A stretch of 64,000 bases of DNA from an uncultured delta proteobacterium. Its GTDB lineage: Bacteria; Desulfobacterota; Binatia; Binatales; Binataceae. Of this stretch, positions 52,301 to 63,151 are shown in pieces. Made by a program: the position numbers and the translations under genes. The notes under the pieces were generated by a model. It saw nothing but the letters and a program-made list of their open reading frames with translations, had not been told where the DNA came from and did no database searches. Each line of letters starts with the position of its first letter. The first letter of the stretch is position 1. The stretch lies in the NCBI GenBank assembly GCA_963755905.1, contig CAVWLM010000006.1:411471-475470 (forward strand). Direction: 5' to 3'.

Positions 52301-52874
52301 ACGCCGCGGAGCGGATGATCGGCCGCGGGCCGTCGCGGTCGAGGCCCTCGCGCCGGCGCAGAAGCCGGCGCAGGCCCTCGCCGGGCGCGGCGAGCGCACG
52401 CTCGAACCAACGATCGAAGGCGCTCTCGAACAATTCGCCGGCCACGTCGTCGGCCGCGACTTCGAACATCGGATCGACACCCGCCTCGACCGGGCGCTCG
52501 CGCAAAAGATCGGCGCAGAAGGAATGAATCGTCCCGATGCGCGCCTCTTCGAGCTGGGCGAGCGCACTGGAAAGCCGCGCTCGCTCGGCGGGGTCGCGCA
52601 AAGGATCGCCGCGCGCGTGCTCGATCTCGGCGCGCAGCCGGAGCTTGAGCTCGCCGGCCGCCTTCTCGGTGAAGGTGACCGCGACGATCCGTCCAAGTTC
52701 GGCGCGCCCACGCGCGAGCGCCGCGACAATCCGGTTGACCAGCGCGGTGGTCTTCCCGGTGCCGGCCGCGGCCTCAACCACGAGCGTGGTGTCGAGGTCG
52801 TTGCGGATCCGATCGCGCACGCGCTGATCGGTAATCTCGCGCCGCGCGCCGTTTGCTTTTTCCGCTTCGCTCAT
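49374..52874 (-). CDS. addA: AddA-like UvrD helicase with a PD-(D/E)xK nuclease domain
   Basis: EAAAGTGKTT, TFTEKAAGE, VDEFQDT, VGDPKQSIYRFR, MTVHRAKGLEF, LYVGATRA, GVVDL...DFKT. Confidence 0.92.
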   Translation of the reverse strand: MSEAEKANGARREITDQRVRDRIRNDLDTTLVVEAAAGTGKTTALVNRIVAALARGRAELGRIVAVTFTEKAAGELKLRLRAEIEHARGDPLRDPAERARLSSALAQLEEARIGTIHSFCADLLRERPVEAGVDPMFEVAADDVAGELFESAFDRWFERALAAPGEGLRRLLRRREGLDRDGPRPIIRSAAWELLQWRDFHTPWRHQAFDRDPEIDAMVAEIRALGALAQHVDPGDWLGKALGEIAHPIDEATRLEAVRGRDYDALEAALLALLRGYDGRWRWKGWGDDFGPLPRAEVMARRGALHARLVSFRDAAGANLAPLLRDELWPIVGYYEEAKKRAGVLDFIDLLLIARDLVRDSAAVRAELQRRISHIFVDEFQDTDPLQAEILLLLAAADPAESDWRRARPLGGKLFIVGDPKQSIYRFRRADVALYQDVKRRLLECGAEIEHLTVSFRATPELQRAVNAAFAPLMPSESPTQPAYSPLMPFRADCATQPSLIVLPVPAPYSERGYVTKRQIDESTPDAAGALVRWLVEESGWTVTTRDQPALRVPIEPRHICMLFRRFSTYGRDVTRPYVRALEARHIAHVLVKGGSFNEREEVEALRNALGAIERPDDELAVFATLRGPLFALDDGALLRFRAAAGTLHPFRKLPADLPPELEEIGSALGVLRALSRGRNRRPIAETIARLLAAVRAHAAIAIWPTGEQALANVMRLMDLARRYESRRAVRSFRGFVDELVSRAEREESGDAPVVEEGAEGVRIMTVHRAKGLEFPIVLLADLTCNETAGDAHRWVDPLSGLCAMRLAGHAPSELLEHAEEETRRDTEEAMRLLYVGATRARDLLIVPAVGSAPQDGWLGRLNPVIYPAAKDWRVPLEAAPPGCPVFGDDSVVVRPPKAPPKSRVVAPGLHRAQAGDHHVVWWDPARLKLDARETMGLRQHRLLTADKGERAASQGAQEYQQWQAHRGKMLAAGAAETYRVVTATELAARIVERGEIPGWLGGPGEIEIEHVARAAARPHGLRFGTLVHSILSRVALDADTAAIAEAARFFARLLGADDAEVSAACEAVAGALDAPLMKTAAAAGAGLRRECALVLRLEDGATVEGVVDLAFPERVAGGERWVVADFKTDAGIAGRMDEYRVQLLLYLHAISRSTGVPARGVLMCV

Positions 52875-55800
52875 CGCAACCCGCGCAGCCGTTCGAGCGC
52901 GGCCAGGCGCGGCTGCGGCTTCTGGGCGACGCGCATCTCTTCGTACGGTCCGCAGACGATCCGGTAGTCGCACCATCGGCAGCCGCCTTCGGCCGGCGCG
53001 GCGGGCAGGAAGCCGTCCGCGATCGCGCCGGCGACGGTCGCGGCGAATTCGCGGGCCGCGGCGCGCGCCGCATCATCGAGCGGCACTACGCGCTCCTCGT
53101 AGCCGCCGCGCGACGAGCAATAGTAAAGCCGCCCCGACTCCACCGGTTCGCCGAGCAGCCGTTCGGCGGCGAGCGCATAGAGCACCGGCTGCAGCACGCG
53201 GCCGCCGCCGACAATCACGTCCTTGGGGGCGTCGGCCTTGCCGCTTTTGTGATCGGTGACGCGGAGCCGCCCGCCCAGGCCGCGCTCGACGAGATCGATC
53301 GAGCCGCGCAGGATCAGGCCGGCTTCCAGAGCCACCGGCTCGGCGCGGCTTGCGGGGTCGGCCTGATCGCGGTCCGCGAGTCCGAAGGCGAGCTCGAAGC
53401 GCTCGGGCGTCCACGGAACGGGGTCTTCGGCCGCGCGGCGGAGCCATTCGCGGAGGTCGGCGCGAATCGCGTCGATCCCGTCTTTCCATACGCGCTCGAT
53501 CGCCGGCGCGAGCCGGTCATGCCAATTCTCGGCGATCGTCTCCAGCGTATCGTCCATCACGCGGAGCGCGTCATCCAGCGCCGCGGGCGTGACCGGCAGC
53601 CGTCCGGCCGCGCGCAAGCGGGTCAGCAACTCGAACTGGACCTCGTGCAGCAGCGCGCCGCGAGTGAGCGGATCGATTACCTCGATCGCTTCGGCCTCTT
53701 CGCGCGGCTGGATTCGATGAATCGCATGGAGCAGGAAGCGATAGGGGCAGGCCGCGAAATGCTGCAGCGCGGTCGCCGAATAGGAACGGGCGTCCGGGCG
53801 ATGCCTGTCGAGGGCGGCGCGCGCCTCCGGCCCGGGATCGACCAGGCCGTCCGCCGGCAGTCCATCGCTTGAGCCATCGCCGCGCCCGCGCTCGCAGCGC
53901 GCGCGCAAGATGGGGATTGGCGTCGAGCAGATAATGGGCCGCGCCGGTCGTCGCCTCGTCGTCCTTGCCCGCCAGACGATTGAGCACGGCGAGATCGAAC
54001 TCGGCGTCATCGATCGCACTCGCGGCGTCGCGCGGCGCGGGCCATCCGAGCCGCGCGGCCTGCTCGCCGGCCGCGCGCTTGTCGAGTTCGTCGAAGCCGG
54101 GCAGGCGGCCCTCGGCGGCGCGCAGCACCTCCAGCGCGTAGAACGAGGGCACCCGCGGCCGTCCCTGGTCGAGATCGACGCGCGGAAAGGAGAACAGCAC
54201 GCGGCTGCGCGCCGCGCCGGCGGCCAGACGCAGCGCGAGGCGCTCAGCGGCGACGCGGGTTTGCTGGAGTTCGAGATTGTGGCCGAGGCGTTCGCGCGCG
54301 GCGTCGGGCAGAATCGGATCCTCGGTGAGCTTTTTCGGAAAGACGCGCTCGGTCAGGCCGGGGACGATCACGACGTCGAAATCGAGACCGCGAAGGTCCT
54401 GCGTGGGGGCGACCATCACCGCGCCGTAGCGCCGCCGGGGCGCGGGCGCTTCGAGCCTGCCGAGCCGCTCGGCCAGCACCTGGCGCACTTCATCAAGGCC
54501 GACCGGCCCCACCGGCGCCAGCGGCTCAAGCTCGGCTAGTGCCGCAAGGACCGGCGCCGAGTCGCGCACGGTGAGCCCGGTGAGCGCGCGCAGATGGCCC
54601 AGCCATTCGCCCCACGTTGCGCGCGGCGGGAGCGCCGCGAGTGCGGAAATCTGCGGGATCGCCACGTCGCCCAGATGCTTGAGATCGAGAAGCTGGCGAT
54701 CGAGAACCGCCGCGTGAGCGTCATCGTCCTTTAGTTCGGAGCGCCGGAGTTCCAGCTCCGCGCTAAACCCGCCAAGCCGCCGCTCCCAACGCTCGCGATT
54801 CCCGATGACCGACGCGTCGACCAGCAGGCGCTCCCATCGCCACGGCGCGCGCAAAGCGCCTTCGACGACCGGCACCGGATCTGCCGCGAGATCGGCGAGG
54901 TCAGCGTCGGCTCCTGGAGCGGGCGCGGCGATCCCGGGTTCCTCGGACGGAGCGGCGCCCGCAAGTTCGAGGTCCGGCGCGACAAAACGCGGCCGTTCCG
55001 TCGCGATCCGGGTCGGGCACCTGCGCGAGCGAGAGGTACTCGGCATAGCGGCGCGCGGACAGATGCTCCGCGGCACAAGCCAGCAGCGCGAGCAGCGCGC
55101 GGCCGCCGGGCTCCGGCCGGGTGGCGCCGCGCGCAAAGCAGGCCGGAATCGCGGCGCGATCGAGCGCCTCTTCAAGATACGGCACGTAACGTCCCGGCGC
55201 ATGCAGGGCGACCGCGATACGGTCGAACGGAACGCTGCGGTCCGCCTCGGCAAGGATCCGGCGCGCGATCTCGACGCATTCCTGCATCTCGCCCGGCGCC
55301 GAAACGACTTCAACGGTATCGTCGAGCGGGCGCTCGGGAGGTGTGTCCTCGCTGAAAAGATAATCCTGCAAGCGCAAGATCGATTTCGCCGTCGCGTCAG
55401 AGGCGCGTGACGGAGCCGGCGGTGCGACGCCGAGTGCCGCGCCGAGCATCGCGAGCGTAGTCGTATCGCCATGCGGCACGGTCGCCAGCATCATCGGCGC
55501 GCGGGCGGCGAGCGCCGCGTATAGCTCGCGCTCAAGCGTCGACGTGACCGCGACGTCGAGCATCAGGATCGGCATCGTCGCGCATTGCGGCGGTGGATCG
55601 GCGTTGACCGTCGCCGCCGCCAGGGTGAACATCGCCGCGCGGTCGACGAGACGCGCGTCCTTAAGCTCGGCCTCGAACTGCGTCAGCATCGCGGCCAGCG
55701 GAGGGCCGATCGAATCGAGCACCGCCAATTCTTGCGCGGCGATTCCCGCCAGGCGGATCTCACCGATCGTGCGCGCGAGCGCGCCCGGAAATCCGGGACG

Positions 55801-56142
55801 GTCGGCAACCGGGGCGAAGTAACCGAGCGCGCCGGTCGCCGCCAGTTTGTGGATCGCGCGCGCGGCGACCGCTTCGGCGGCGAGTCCGGCAGCCGGCGCC
55901 AGGCCGTCGCGAAACAGCCGCTCGGCGCAGAGCGCGCCGAGCAGTCGCGCCGGGGTCATCCGATGCACCCCGAAAAGTGCGCGGTGCGCGCTCAAACCGC
56001 GCACCAAGTCGTCGGCGGCCGGCTGGCGCGACGCCAGCACCATCACCTCCGCGGAAGGCTTAAGCTCCTTTAGCCATTGTGACGCCGACTCGAGACGATC
56101 GGCGGCGCGTGGCGAGCAAACAATTGAACGGCGTGCGAACAT
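52871..56142 (-). CDS. addB: AddB-like subunit (inactive helicase + Fe-S PD-(D/E)xK nuclease); two apparent +1 frameshifts (~54985, ~53858)
   Basis: Three consecutive ORFs; ACPYRF...GSIDLVE...DHKSG...CRWCDYRIVC four-Cys Fe-S staple; ATGA overlap with addA. Confidence 0.88.
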
Positions 56143-56273
56143 CTAGTCGGGGCGCCGGCACTGCGAGCCGAGCCCAGCAGTAATCGTCTGCCGCCGAGGC
56201 CTGCGCCGCAAGCGCGGACCCTCGGCTTCATGAACAGCGCGCGGCGGCTCCGCGACTTGGAGCAGGAATTCTC

Positions 56274-57119
56274 TTACCTGGAGAGATAGACCGGATCGCC
56301 GACCCGCACCGTGCCGGGAACTCCTATCTCAGCGAAGACGCCGAGCGTGGCCTTGTGATGCTTCGCGGCGGTACGGAGAATCGACAGGTCGCGCGGCAGG
56401 TCGGTTTGTGCGTGAGTCGTCATCACGCAGCGCAGCGCCGGCTTCATCGCGACAATTTTCACGCTCTCGCCGACCTCGAGCGTGCCTTCGAGCCATTCGT
56501 CCTCGACAAACCCGTCCGCGCCGGTGCCGCTGGTGTCGACAAAGATGTTGGGACGAAAGCGGCGCGGATCGAGCATTGATTCGCCGCCGCACAGCCGCCT
56601 CATATGATCGAGCGAGCCGCTGGCGAGGACGTGAATCGGCGCCGAATCGAAGAACGCGCCGCGCATCAGGCCGAACGTGTCCGGCATGGTTTCGAGGGTC
56701 AGGTTGGGAAGAATCTGTTCTATTGGGAGGCCGGCGAAAATCGTCAGCGGATCGATTTCTCCACGCGAGCGCTCGTCGGTTTTCGCGCGCTCGAGGCGTA
56801 CCTCACGGCCCATTACCTCCGAGAGCCGCGCCGAAGCGTCGGGGTCGTCGGCGTGAACGCTACCGCCGCCGGGAAAAGTGATCGTGACCGGCGCAAGGCC
56901 GTCAGCTTCCGGCGGCGAATCGTAGCTCGCGCGAAACCCGAGCATCGCCGCCCACTTTTTGGCCGTCGCGATGCGCCCTGAGGTCTCGCGCACTGCCCAG
57001 GTCCGGTCGCCCAAGGTGCCGCGCATGGTCAACGCCAACTCGGAGGGATGCTCGCCCAGCATCGATTTGACCGGGTAACGAAAGAGCGCGCTCACGACTG
57101 CGACCTTACGCCGTTCCAT
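56274..57119 (-). CDS. MOSC domain protein
   Basis: LFRYPVKSMLGE, GDRTWA, RRFRPNI, RCVMTT, GTVRVGD. Confidence 0.93.
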   Translation of the reverse strand: MERRKVAVVSALFRYPVKSMLGEHPSELALTMRGTLGDRTWAVRETSGRIATAKKWAAMLGFRASYDSPPEADGLAPVTITFPGGGSVHADDPDASARLSEVMGREVRLERAKTDERSRGEIDPLTIFAGLPIEQILPNLTLETMPDTFGLMRGAFFDSAPIHVLASGSLDHMRRLCGGESMLDPRRFRPNIFVDTSGTGADGFVEDEWLEGTLEVGESVKIVAMKPALRCVMTTHAQTDLPRDLSILRTAAKHHKATLGVFAEIGVPGTVRVGDPVYLSR

Positions 57120-57167
57120 CTCTGCCTCCTCGCGCGGCCACGCGGCTAAGAGAGAGGCCGCCGCTTC

Positions 57168-57917
57168 TCAATGCGCAGGGGTCGGTAAAGCACTCGGCGA
57201 CAGACCGGGACTCGGCGCGGCAGAAAGCGGAGCAGGCGAGGCCAGAGGCGAGGATGCCGCTAGAGGGGTCGCGAGTGGACTGGCGGAAGCGCTCGGTACC
57301 GGTGAGAAGGTTGGACTGACGCTGGGAGTCGCAGTGGGAACGACGGCTTCCGGCGTCGCGGTCTCGGTCGGCACGTAAACTGTCGGGATCGGCGTGGCCG
57401 GGCCCGTGAACTCGGGCTGTGGAATGGATGGCGATGATCCGTTGTACAGTGCGGTGCCGATTCCGTATTCGTAGACCAGTTGGCCTCCAAGGTAGCCCTG
57501 GTAGGCGATCGCAATCGCGGCGAGCACGGCGACCGCCAGATAAAGCCCACGAGTGCGAGCTATAAAGCCAAGAAACTGGATCCCAATGCGCCATATGACC
57601 AGGATCAGGAAGACCCAAGGCAACCACTCGTCGCCCAGTTCGGCATGAAGCTTAAGAGTTCTAAACGCGGGCCCGCCGCCGGCCTGGACCGCCTGCCATA
57701 CCCGATCAGCCTCCCATCCGCCGGTGACCCTGGAGCCCCAAGCGGCGGCCGTACCGGCTATTATCAGGGCCAGCGCCGAGTAGCGGAGCCACAGCCGCGT
57801 CGAGAAGACGCTGGCGAAGAGATCGGCGAGGACCGCCACGATCAGAATCGCGACCGTGAAATGATCGACGGCCGGGTGTATGTGCCATTTTTGGATCGTT
57901 TCGAGAAGACCTTGCAT
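57168..57917 (-). CDS. DUF2231-like membrane protein with a Pro/Thr/Ser-rich tail
   Basis: HPAVDHF, HAELG, GYLGGQLVYEYG; 4 TM helices. Confidence 0.85.
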   Translation of the reverse strand: MQGLLETIQKWHIHPAVDHFTVAILIVAVLADLFASVFSTRLWLRYSALALIIAGTAAAWGSRVTGGWEADRVWQAVQAGGGPAFRTLKLHAELGDEWLPWVFLILVIWRIGIQFLGFIARTRGLYLAVAVLAAIAIAYQGYLGGQLVYEYGIGTALYNGSSPSIPQPEFTGPATPIPTVYVPTETATPEAVVPTATPSVSPTFSPVPSASASPLATPLAASSPLASPAPLSAAPSPGLSPSALPTPAH

Positions 57918-58082
57918 CCGGATTTCCTTTGGTAAAGCTAACGCATCTGGCTCGCGCACGCCTTGCGGCGCTCCGCGCACCGGGCCGTGGCGACCCCGGT
58001 CTTTATTACAGAGCCGCGCACTCCACGCAAACCATAGCGGGGTGATGCAGACGTCGCATACGCGAGCGGAGCTTGGATATTG

Positions 58083-58325
58083 CTACCAATTAACGACGCG
58101 GGAGGCGACTTGAACCGTCCAGACCAGTGCCGACGGCCACATCGTCATCGCAATCAACGCAAGGATTGAAAACCAGATCGGCGTGTTGTGCAAGGAGGTG
58201 ACGGCTGCCGCGGGTTGGGCGGAAACAACGGTCTTGTGGCCTGCCAGCGGCCTTGGACGGATTCGTGCGGGTGCGCGGCGAGCCACGCTCCTTGCGCGCG
58301 AGATCGGCACTACGTTGCTATTCAT
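58083..58325 (-). CDS. Small hypothetical membrane protein (80 aa)
   Basis: MNSNVVPISR..., basic N-half and C-terminal TM (IWFSILALIAMTMWPSALVW); upstream TTGACA and palindrome. Confidence 0.5.
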   Translation of the reverse strand: MNSNVVPISRARSVARRAPARIRPRPLAGHKTVVSAQPAAAVTSLHNTPIWFSILALIAMTMWPSALVWTVQVASRVVNW

Positions 58326-58460
58326 CCGCTCGCTGCCCATCGCGCTGTCATGGGCCAGGTCAAGAGCATTTACCAACCCGCGGTAAAATTCCACCCGACC
58401 ATGCGAGCGTGTCAAGAGAAATCTCAACAGAAATTCATTGTCGGAGCGGCCGCGGGCGAT

Positions 58461-60446
58461 TCAATCGGTGGTCCGATGGCGATGTTTGCTGGCTCGCGTA
58501 CCCGAACCATTCGGGGAATGACCGCGTGTGGGTACGGCTGAGGGAGTAGGGGCGGGAACCGGGGTTGATGCCGCGACGCGCGTGGCGCCGGGAGTCGCGG
58601 ATGTCCTGGCGAGCGGAGTGGCAGCGGGGGTCGCCGCGGGGAGTGAAGCGGGATGTCCGTCAGCCGACGGGACAGGGGCCGGTGTCGCCAACGCTGACGG
58701 AGTGGGAGAAGCTTCAGCGGACGGCGTGGCGGAGGCGACCGCTTCTATCGCTGGCGAGGGCTCGACCGGCGCTAAAATCACCGTCGGTGCGAGCGTCACG
58801 ATGGGGCGCACGGCGACAGTCACACGACGCGACTCCAGCGGCGTCCACGCGTGGGCGCTCAGCAGGTACTTCAACGCGAATCGCGGCGAGAGCGATCGCC
58901 ACGTTGGATGCCACAGGTCGCTAAGCTCGAACTCGTAGGTCGAGAATCCTTGTGCCTGGGACAGACTCGCCGGTGCGGAACCGTCGATGATCGCGGATGC
59001 ATTTTCGGGCGTCGCAGCCGGAGTCAACCCACGCAGGTACCATCGGAGCACCGGGGAGTCGGTGGCAAAAAAACCGGTGGCGCCGTGAGGCGGAAGCTGG
59101 TCGGCAACCTTCGCGCATTCCACCGGTGCCTGCAACGTGGTCGCCGGCTCGGTCCAATACAGCAGTGCGGTGCGCGCCCACGGCGCCTGGCTGGCGTCGG
59201 GCGCATACCAGACGAAGTTGTTCGCCACCTGCACATACAGTGTCAGCAGGACCAGGACGGCGAACGGATAGCGCATGATGGTCCAAGCTGCGGAATGATG
59301 CAGATAGCCGATCACGAATGCTCCCAGCAGCGCCATCGGTACGAGCATCTGGAGCACAAACGCAGGCGAGCGCGCCGGCGTCCAAAGATAGAAAGCGATC
59401 GCGAGAACACTCCACACCAGTGCGCCTGTCGCCAGTCGCGAGCGGATGCGTAGCGTCAGCACGCCGATTGCTCCGACGAGCGCGAGCAACACGATGAGAA
59501 ACTCGTACAGCGAAAGAATAGGCAGGTAGAAATCCAGACCGGCACGGAAGCCGCGACCGCTGACCGACTCCAGGTTGGACAGGTTCGATTGGAAGGCGGC
59601 CACGATCAGACCGACCGGCGAGCGGGTGAAAAGGCCGCTCAGGCATCCCAGCGACACCGCCGCCGCGACCAGAATCGCTATCAGGAACAGCGCCCTGCGC
59701 CGCGTCCACCAAACTCGCACCTGGAGCCGCACCCGCGCGCCCGTCAAAGCCACTGTCAGGCCCACGAACGCGAGCGCCAGAAGCATAAATAGCGCCGTCA
59801 TCGGCGCGGCTTCGCTGCTGGCGAGACTCAGGCCCGCCGCCGCGCCCAATCCGGCCGCGACCAGCCGCCCCGGCTCGTCCACGACCTGGAGAAAGAGCGC
59901 CAATGCGAATACGGCGAAGGCCAACGCGGGTACGAGGCTGTCGGCCGCGCGCGAAAAATAGGCCACGGTAGGCGAGATGACGAGTAATGCCGCAAAGGTC
60001 ATCGCACCAGCGCGGCCCAGCCGGCGGCGCATCGCAAAGCACGCCGCGACCAGCAACAGCCCGCTCAAGGCAAAAATCAGCCGCGCACCAAAATCGCCGG
60101 CGCCGACCGCCGCGAACACGGCGGCTTCGAGCAGATGAACCCAGGTGAGATGCGCTCCGATGGGAGTGCCGCTGCGCAGCAATGCCAGCGCCGCAAGCGC
60201 GTGACCCGCTTCAGCCGGGTCCAGCGGTCGCGCGCCCAGCAGCACGAGCCGGCTCGCGAGTGCAAGGAGGCCGACCGTAGCCCATCCGAGATGCTCCACC
60301 GTGACCACGCATAGTGGCCGTTCCAGCCGCTCAGCCGAGTAGTTGCGGGGCGCGTCGGGTTCTTCCGGAGTTTCCGGGATGTAGTGGTCACTTGCGGGCT
60401 CGAGACCCAGCCGCCACTCCTCCGTTTCCTTGCCGCTGACTGACAT
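58461..60446 (-). CDS. GT-C fold (PMT_2/TIGR03663-like) polytopic membrane protein
   Basis: RLVLLGARPLDPAEAGHA, GAGDFGARL, ISPTVAYFSR, more than 10 TM helices, Pro/Thr/Ala tail. Confidence 0.7.
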   Translation of the reverse strand: MSVSGKETEEWRLGLEPASDHYIPETPEEPDAPRNYSAERLERPLCVVTVEHLGWATVGLLALASRLVLLGARPLDPAEAGHALAALALLRSGTPIGAHLTWVHLLEAAVFAAVGAGDFGARLIFALSGLLLVAACFAMRRRLGRAGAMTFAALLVISPTVAYFSRAADSLVPALAFAVFALALFLQVVDEPGRLVAAGLGAAAGLSLASSEAAPMTALFMLLALAFVGLTVALTGARVRLQVRVWWTRRRALFLIAILVAAAVSLGCLSGLFTRSPVGLIVAAFQSNLSNLESVSGRGFRAGLDFYLPILSLYEFLIVLLALVGAIGVLTLRIRSRLATGALVWSVLAIAFYLWTPARSPAFVLQMLVPMALLGAFVIGYLHHSAAWTIMRYPFAVLVLLTLYVQVANNFVWYAPDASQAPWARTALLYWTEPATTLQAPVECAKVADQLPPHGATGFFATDSPVLRWYLRGLTPAATPENASAIIDGSAPASLSQAQGFSTYEFELSDLWHPTWRSLSPRFALKYLLSAHAWTPLESRRVTVAVRPIVTLAPTVILAPVEPSPAIEAVASATPSAEASPTPSALATPAPVPSADGHPASLPAATPAATPLARTSATPGATRVAASTPVPAPTPSAVPTRGHSPNGSGTRASKHRHRTTD

Positions 60447-60604
60447 GTGGTGAAAACCGGTATTTGGCCCGGACTCGATTGTCAACGCGAGTAGCGGCCC
60501 GTCGGATAAGTTTACCAATTCAGGTTCATCGTAACATCGCGTTCATACAGGCGGCGTTTGAGCCAGCGCGCCGGATCGTTATGCTGGGAGGCTTGGCGGC
60601 GGCG

Positions 60605-62327
60605 ATGGAGCAAGGGGACAATTCGCGCAGAGGCATCGGTGGCGTAGCCTCGATCCTGATCGTGGCGGCGCTGCTCGCGCTGTTCTTCGGCTTCAGCAAA
60701 TACATGCCGGTTCTGCACGGGCCGAGGCTTAGCGTTTCGGCGCGGCATCTACCCTACTACGCCTTCTGCTCGTTCAACCGGATGCTCGCGGCGTATCTGC
60801 TCGCGCTCGTCTTTTCGATTGCCTACGGGATGATGGCGGCGCGGGGCCGGATGTGGGAGCGGGTGATGATTCCGGCGATCGACATCGCGCAATCGGTGCC
60901 GGTGGTCGGGTTCTTTCCCGCCGCGGTCTATTTTTTCGTCGCTCTCGCTCATGGCAGCCGCCTGGGCGTCGAAATGGCGGCGGTCTTCCTTATTTTCACC
61001 AGCCAGGCGTGGAACCTCGCGCTCGGCGTATTCGAATCCATCCGCACGATCCCCGATGATTCACGCGAAGTATTGGAAGCCTTCGGGGCCAGCGGGTGGC
61101 TGCGCTTTCGCAAACTTTCGCTTCCCGCATGCGTGCCCAAGCTCGTCTATAACTCGATCCTGTCCTGGGTGGCAGGATGGTATTTCCTGATCGCCTGCGA
61201 AATCATCACCGCCGGTCCTTCGACGTACAGGCTTCCGGGGCTGGGCAGCTTCCTGATGGAGGCTGCCAACCGTGGCCGCAACGGCGAGATGGTGCTCGGC
61301 CTGCTCGCGCTGCTTCTGATCATCGTCGCGATGGACCTGATAGTCTGGCAGCCGCTGTCGGTGTGGGCGGAGAAGTTTCGCTATGAGTTCACCGCCGGCG
61401 CCGAGGCTGAACGTTCGCTGGGAATGCTGCATGCGATAGGCCTGCTGGGTCCCAGCATCTATCGCGTGATGCGCCAGGTCGTACGCCCCCTGGTCGTCAT
61501 CGTGCAGGGCCTGCTCGACGCCATCCCGCCGCTGAATCCGCGCTCGCGCGAAGGGGTCGAACCGCGTCGCGCGCCTGGCCGGATACGCGACATTGATCGC
61601 GTTCACGGTCCTTTTCATCTACGTGATGGTTCGCGGGCTCGAGGCGCTTGCGCGGGTTCTGATGATGCCATGGCCGCGCGAGGTGCGGCAGATTCCGGCG
61701 GCGACGGTAGCCTCGACCATCCGGATGGTAGTCGCTTATGCGATTTCACTCGGATGGACGCTGCCGTGCGCGCTTGCCGCAACCAACAGTCCGCGCTTCA
61801 AGCGATGGCTCTCGCCGATCGCCGAGATCGTTGGCTCGATGCCGGCGACCGCCCTGTTCCCCGTGATCGTGGTCTTCGTGATTCAGGTGACCGGCGGGAT
61901 GAATCTGGCGTCGATTCTGCTGATCCTGACCGGAATGCAGTGGTATCTGCTGTTTAATCTGCTGGCGGGGGTAAACCAGATTCCCGAGGAACTGAAGGAG
62001 TTTGCGCGCGCCTACCGCCTCGGCCGATGGGCCACCTGGCGCAAGCTCGACGTACCGGCGCTGGTGCCTTCAATCGTGACGGGAAGCATCACGGCCTGGG
62101 GCGGCGGATGGAACGCGCTTATTCTGTCCGAGTACTTCGTCTACCGCGGCCATACCTACAAAGTCCTCGGGTTGGGGGCGCTGCTCGACGTCGCAACCTA
62201 TGAGACCAGCAACAACCTGATGATTCTACTTAGCCTGCTCTCGATGGTCGTGGTAGTGATAGGGCTCAACCGCCTCGTATGGCGCAGGCTGTATAACCTC
62301 GCGACCGAACGCTACAGATTTGACTGA
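60605..62327 (+). CDS. NitT/TauT-type ABC permease with duplicated TM domains; apparent +1 frameshift ~61558
   Basis: IDIAQSVPVVGF, FTSQAWN, SWVAGWYFLIACE, LPGLGS; second half TGMQWYLLFN, AWGGGWNALILSE. Confidence 0.9.
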
Positions 62328-62392
62328 TCCTGTAAGAAATCCATTCAGACTCGCGGTGTATCGATGATCCCTGATTCCGACCCATCCGACCC

Positions 62393-63151
62393 ATGGCCCT
62401 GCTCGAACTCAAACAGGTCTCGAAAAGCTACCCTCATGCCAAGGGCAGCCTGCGCGTGCTCAACGAGATGTCCCTTAGCATCGAACTGGGCGAGTTCATC
62501 GCGATCGTCGGGCCGTCGGGATGCGGCAAGTCGACCCTGTTGCGCATCATCAACGGCATCGTGCCGGCGACCTCGGGCCAGGTGCTCTACAATGGTCAGC
62601 AGGTCGACGGAATCAATCCCGAATGCGCGATCGTCTTTCAGTCGTTTGCCTTGCTGCCGTGGCTCAGCGTGAAAGCCAATATAGAATTGGGGCTGGAGGC
62701 GCGCCGCGTTCCTCCGGCCGAGCGCGAACGGCTGGCGACACACTACATCGACAAGGTGGGGCTCGACGGGTTTGAGGAAGCCTATCCGCGCGAGCTGTCC
62801 GGCGGGATGCGCCAGCGCGTGGGGCTCGCGCGAGCGCTGGCAGTCGAGCCGGAGGTGCTATTGATGGACGAACCGTTCTCGGCACTCGACGCACTGACCG
62901 CTATCGGGTTGCGCGAGGAACTGCTCGATCTGTGGCAGGCCGCCGACAGCCCAGTCAAAACCATCATCATGGTCACCCATATTATCGAAGAGGCGGTCGA
63001 ACTGGCCGACCGCATTCTGGTGCTCTCGACCGGCCCTGGACGGCTGGTCGGCGATATCAAGGTCGAACTCCAACGCCCGCGTGACCGGCGATCCGAATCC
63101 TTCAACAATCTGACCGACAAAGTCTTTTCGCTGATCGAGGAGCGAGCCTGA
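62393..63151 (+). CDS. NitT/TauT-type ABC ATP-binding protein
   Basis: GPSGCGKST, LSGGMRQR, LLMDEPFSALD, VTH. Confidence 0.96.
   Translation: MALLELKQVSKSYPHAKGSLRVLNEMSLSIELGEFIAIVGPSGCGKSTLLRIINGIVPATSGQVLYNGQQVDGINPECAIVFQSFALLPWLSVKANIELGLEARRVPPAERERLATHYIDKVGLDGFEEAYPRELSGGMRQRVGLARALAVEPEVLLMDEPFSALDALTAIGLREELLDLWQAADSPVKTIIMVTHIIEEAVELADRILVLSTGPGRLVGDIKVELQRPRDRRSESFNNLTDKVFSLIEERA

Noticed and set aside
49374-56142. Helicase-nuclease pair as an anti-phage defence system
   Set aside because: The architecture, Fe-S staple and gene order match housekeeping AddAB.
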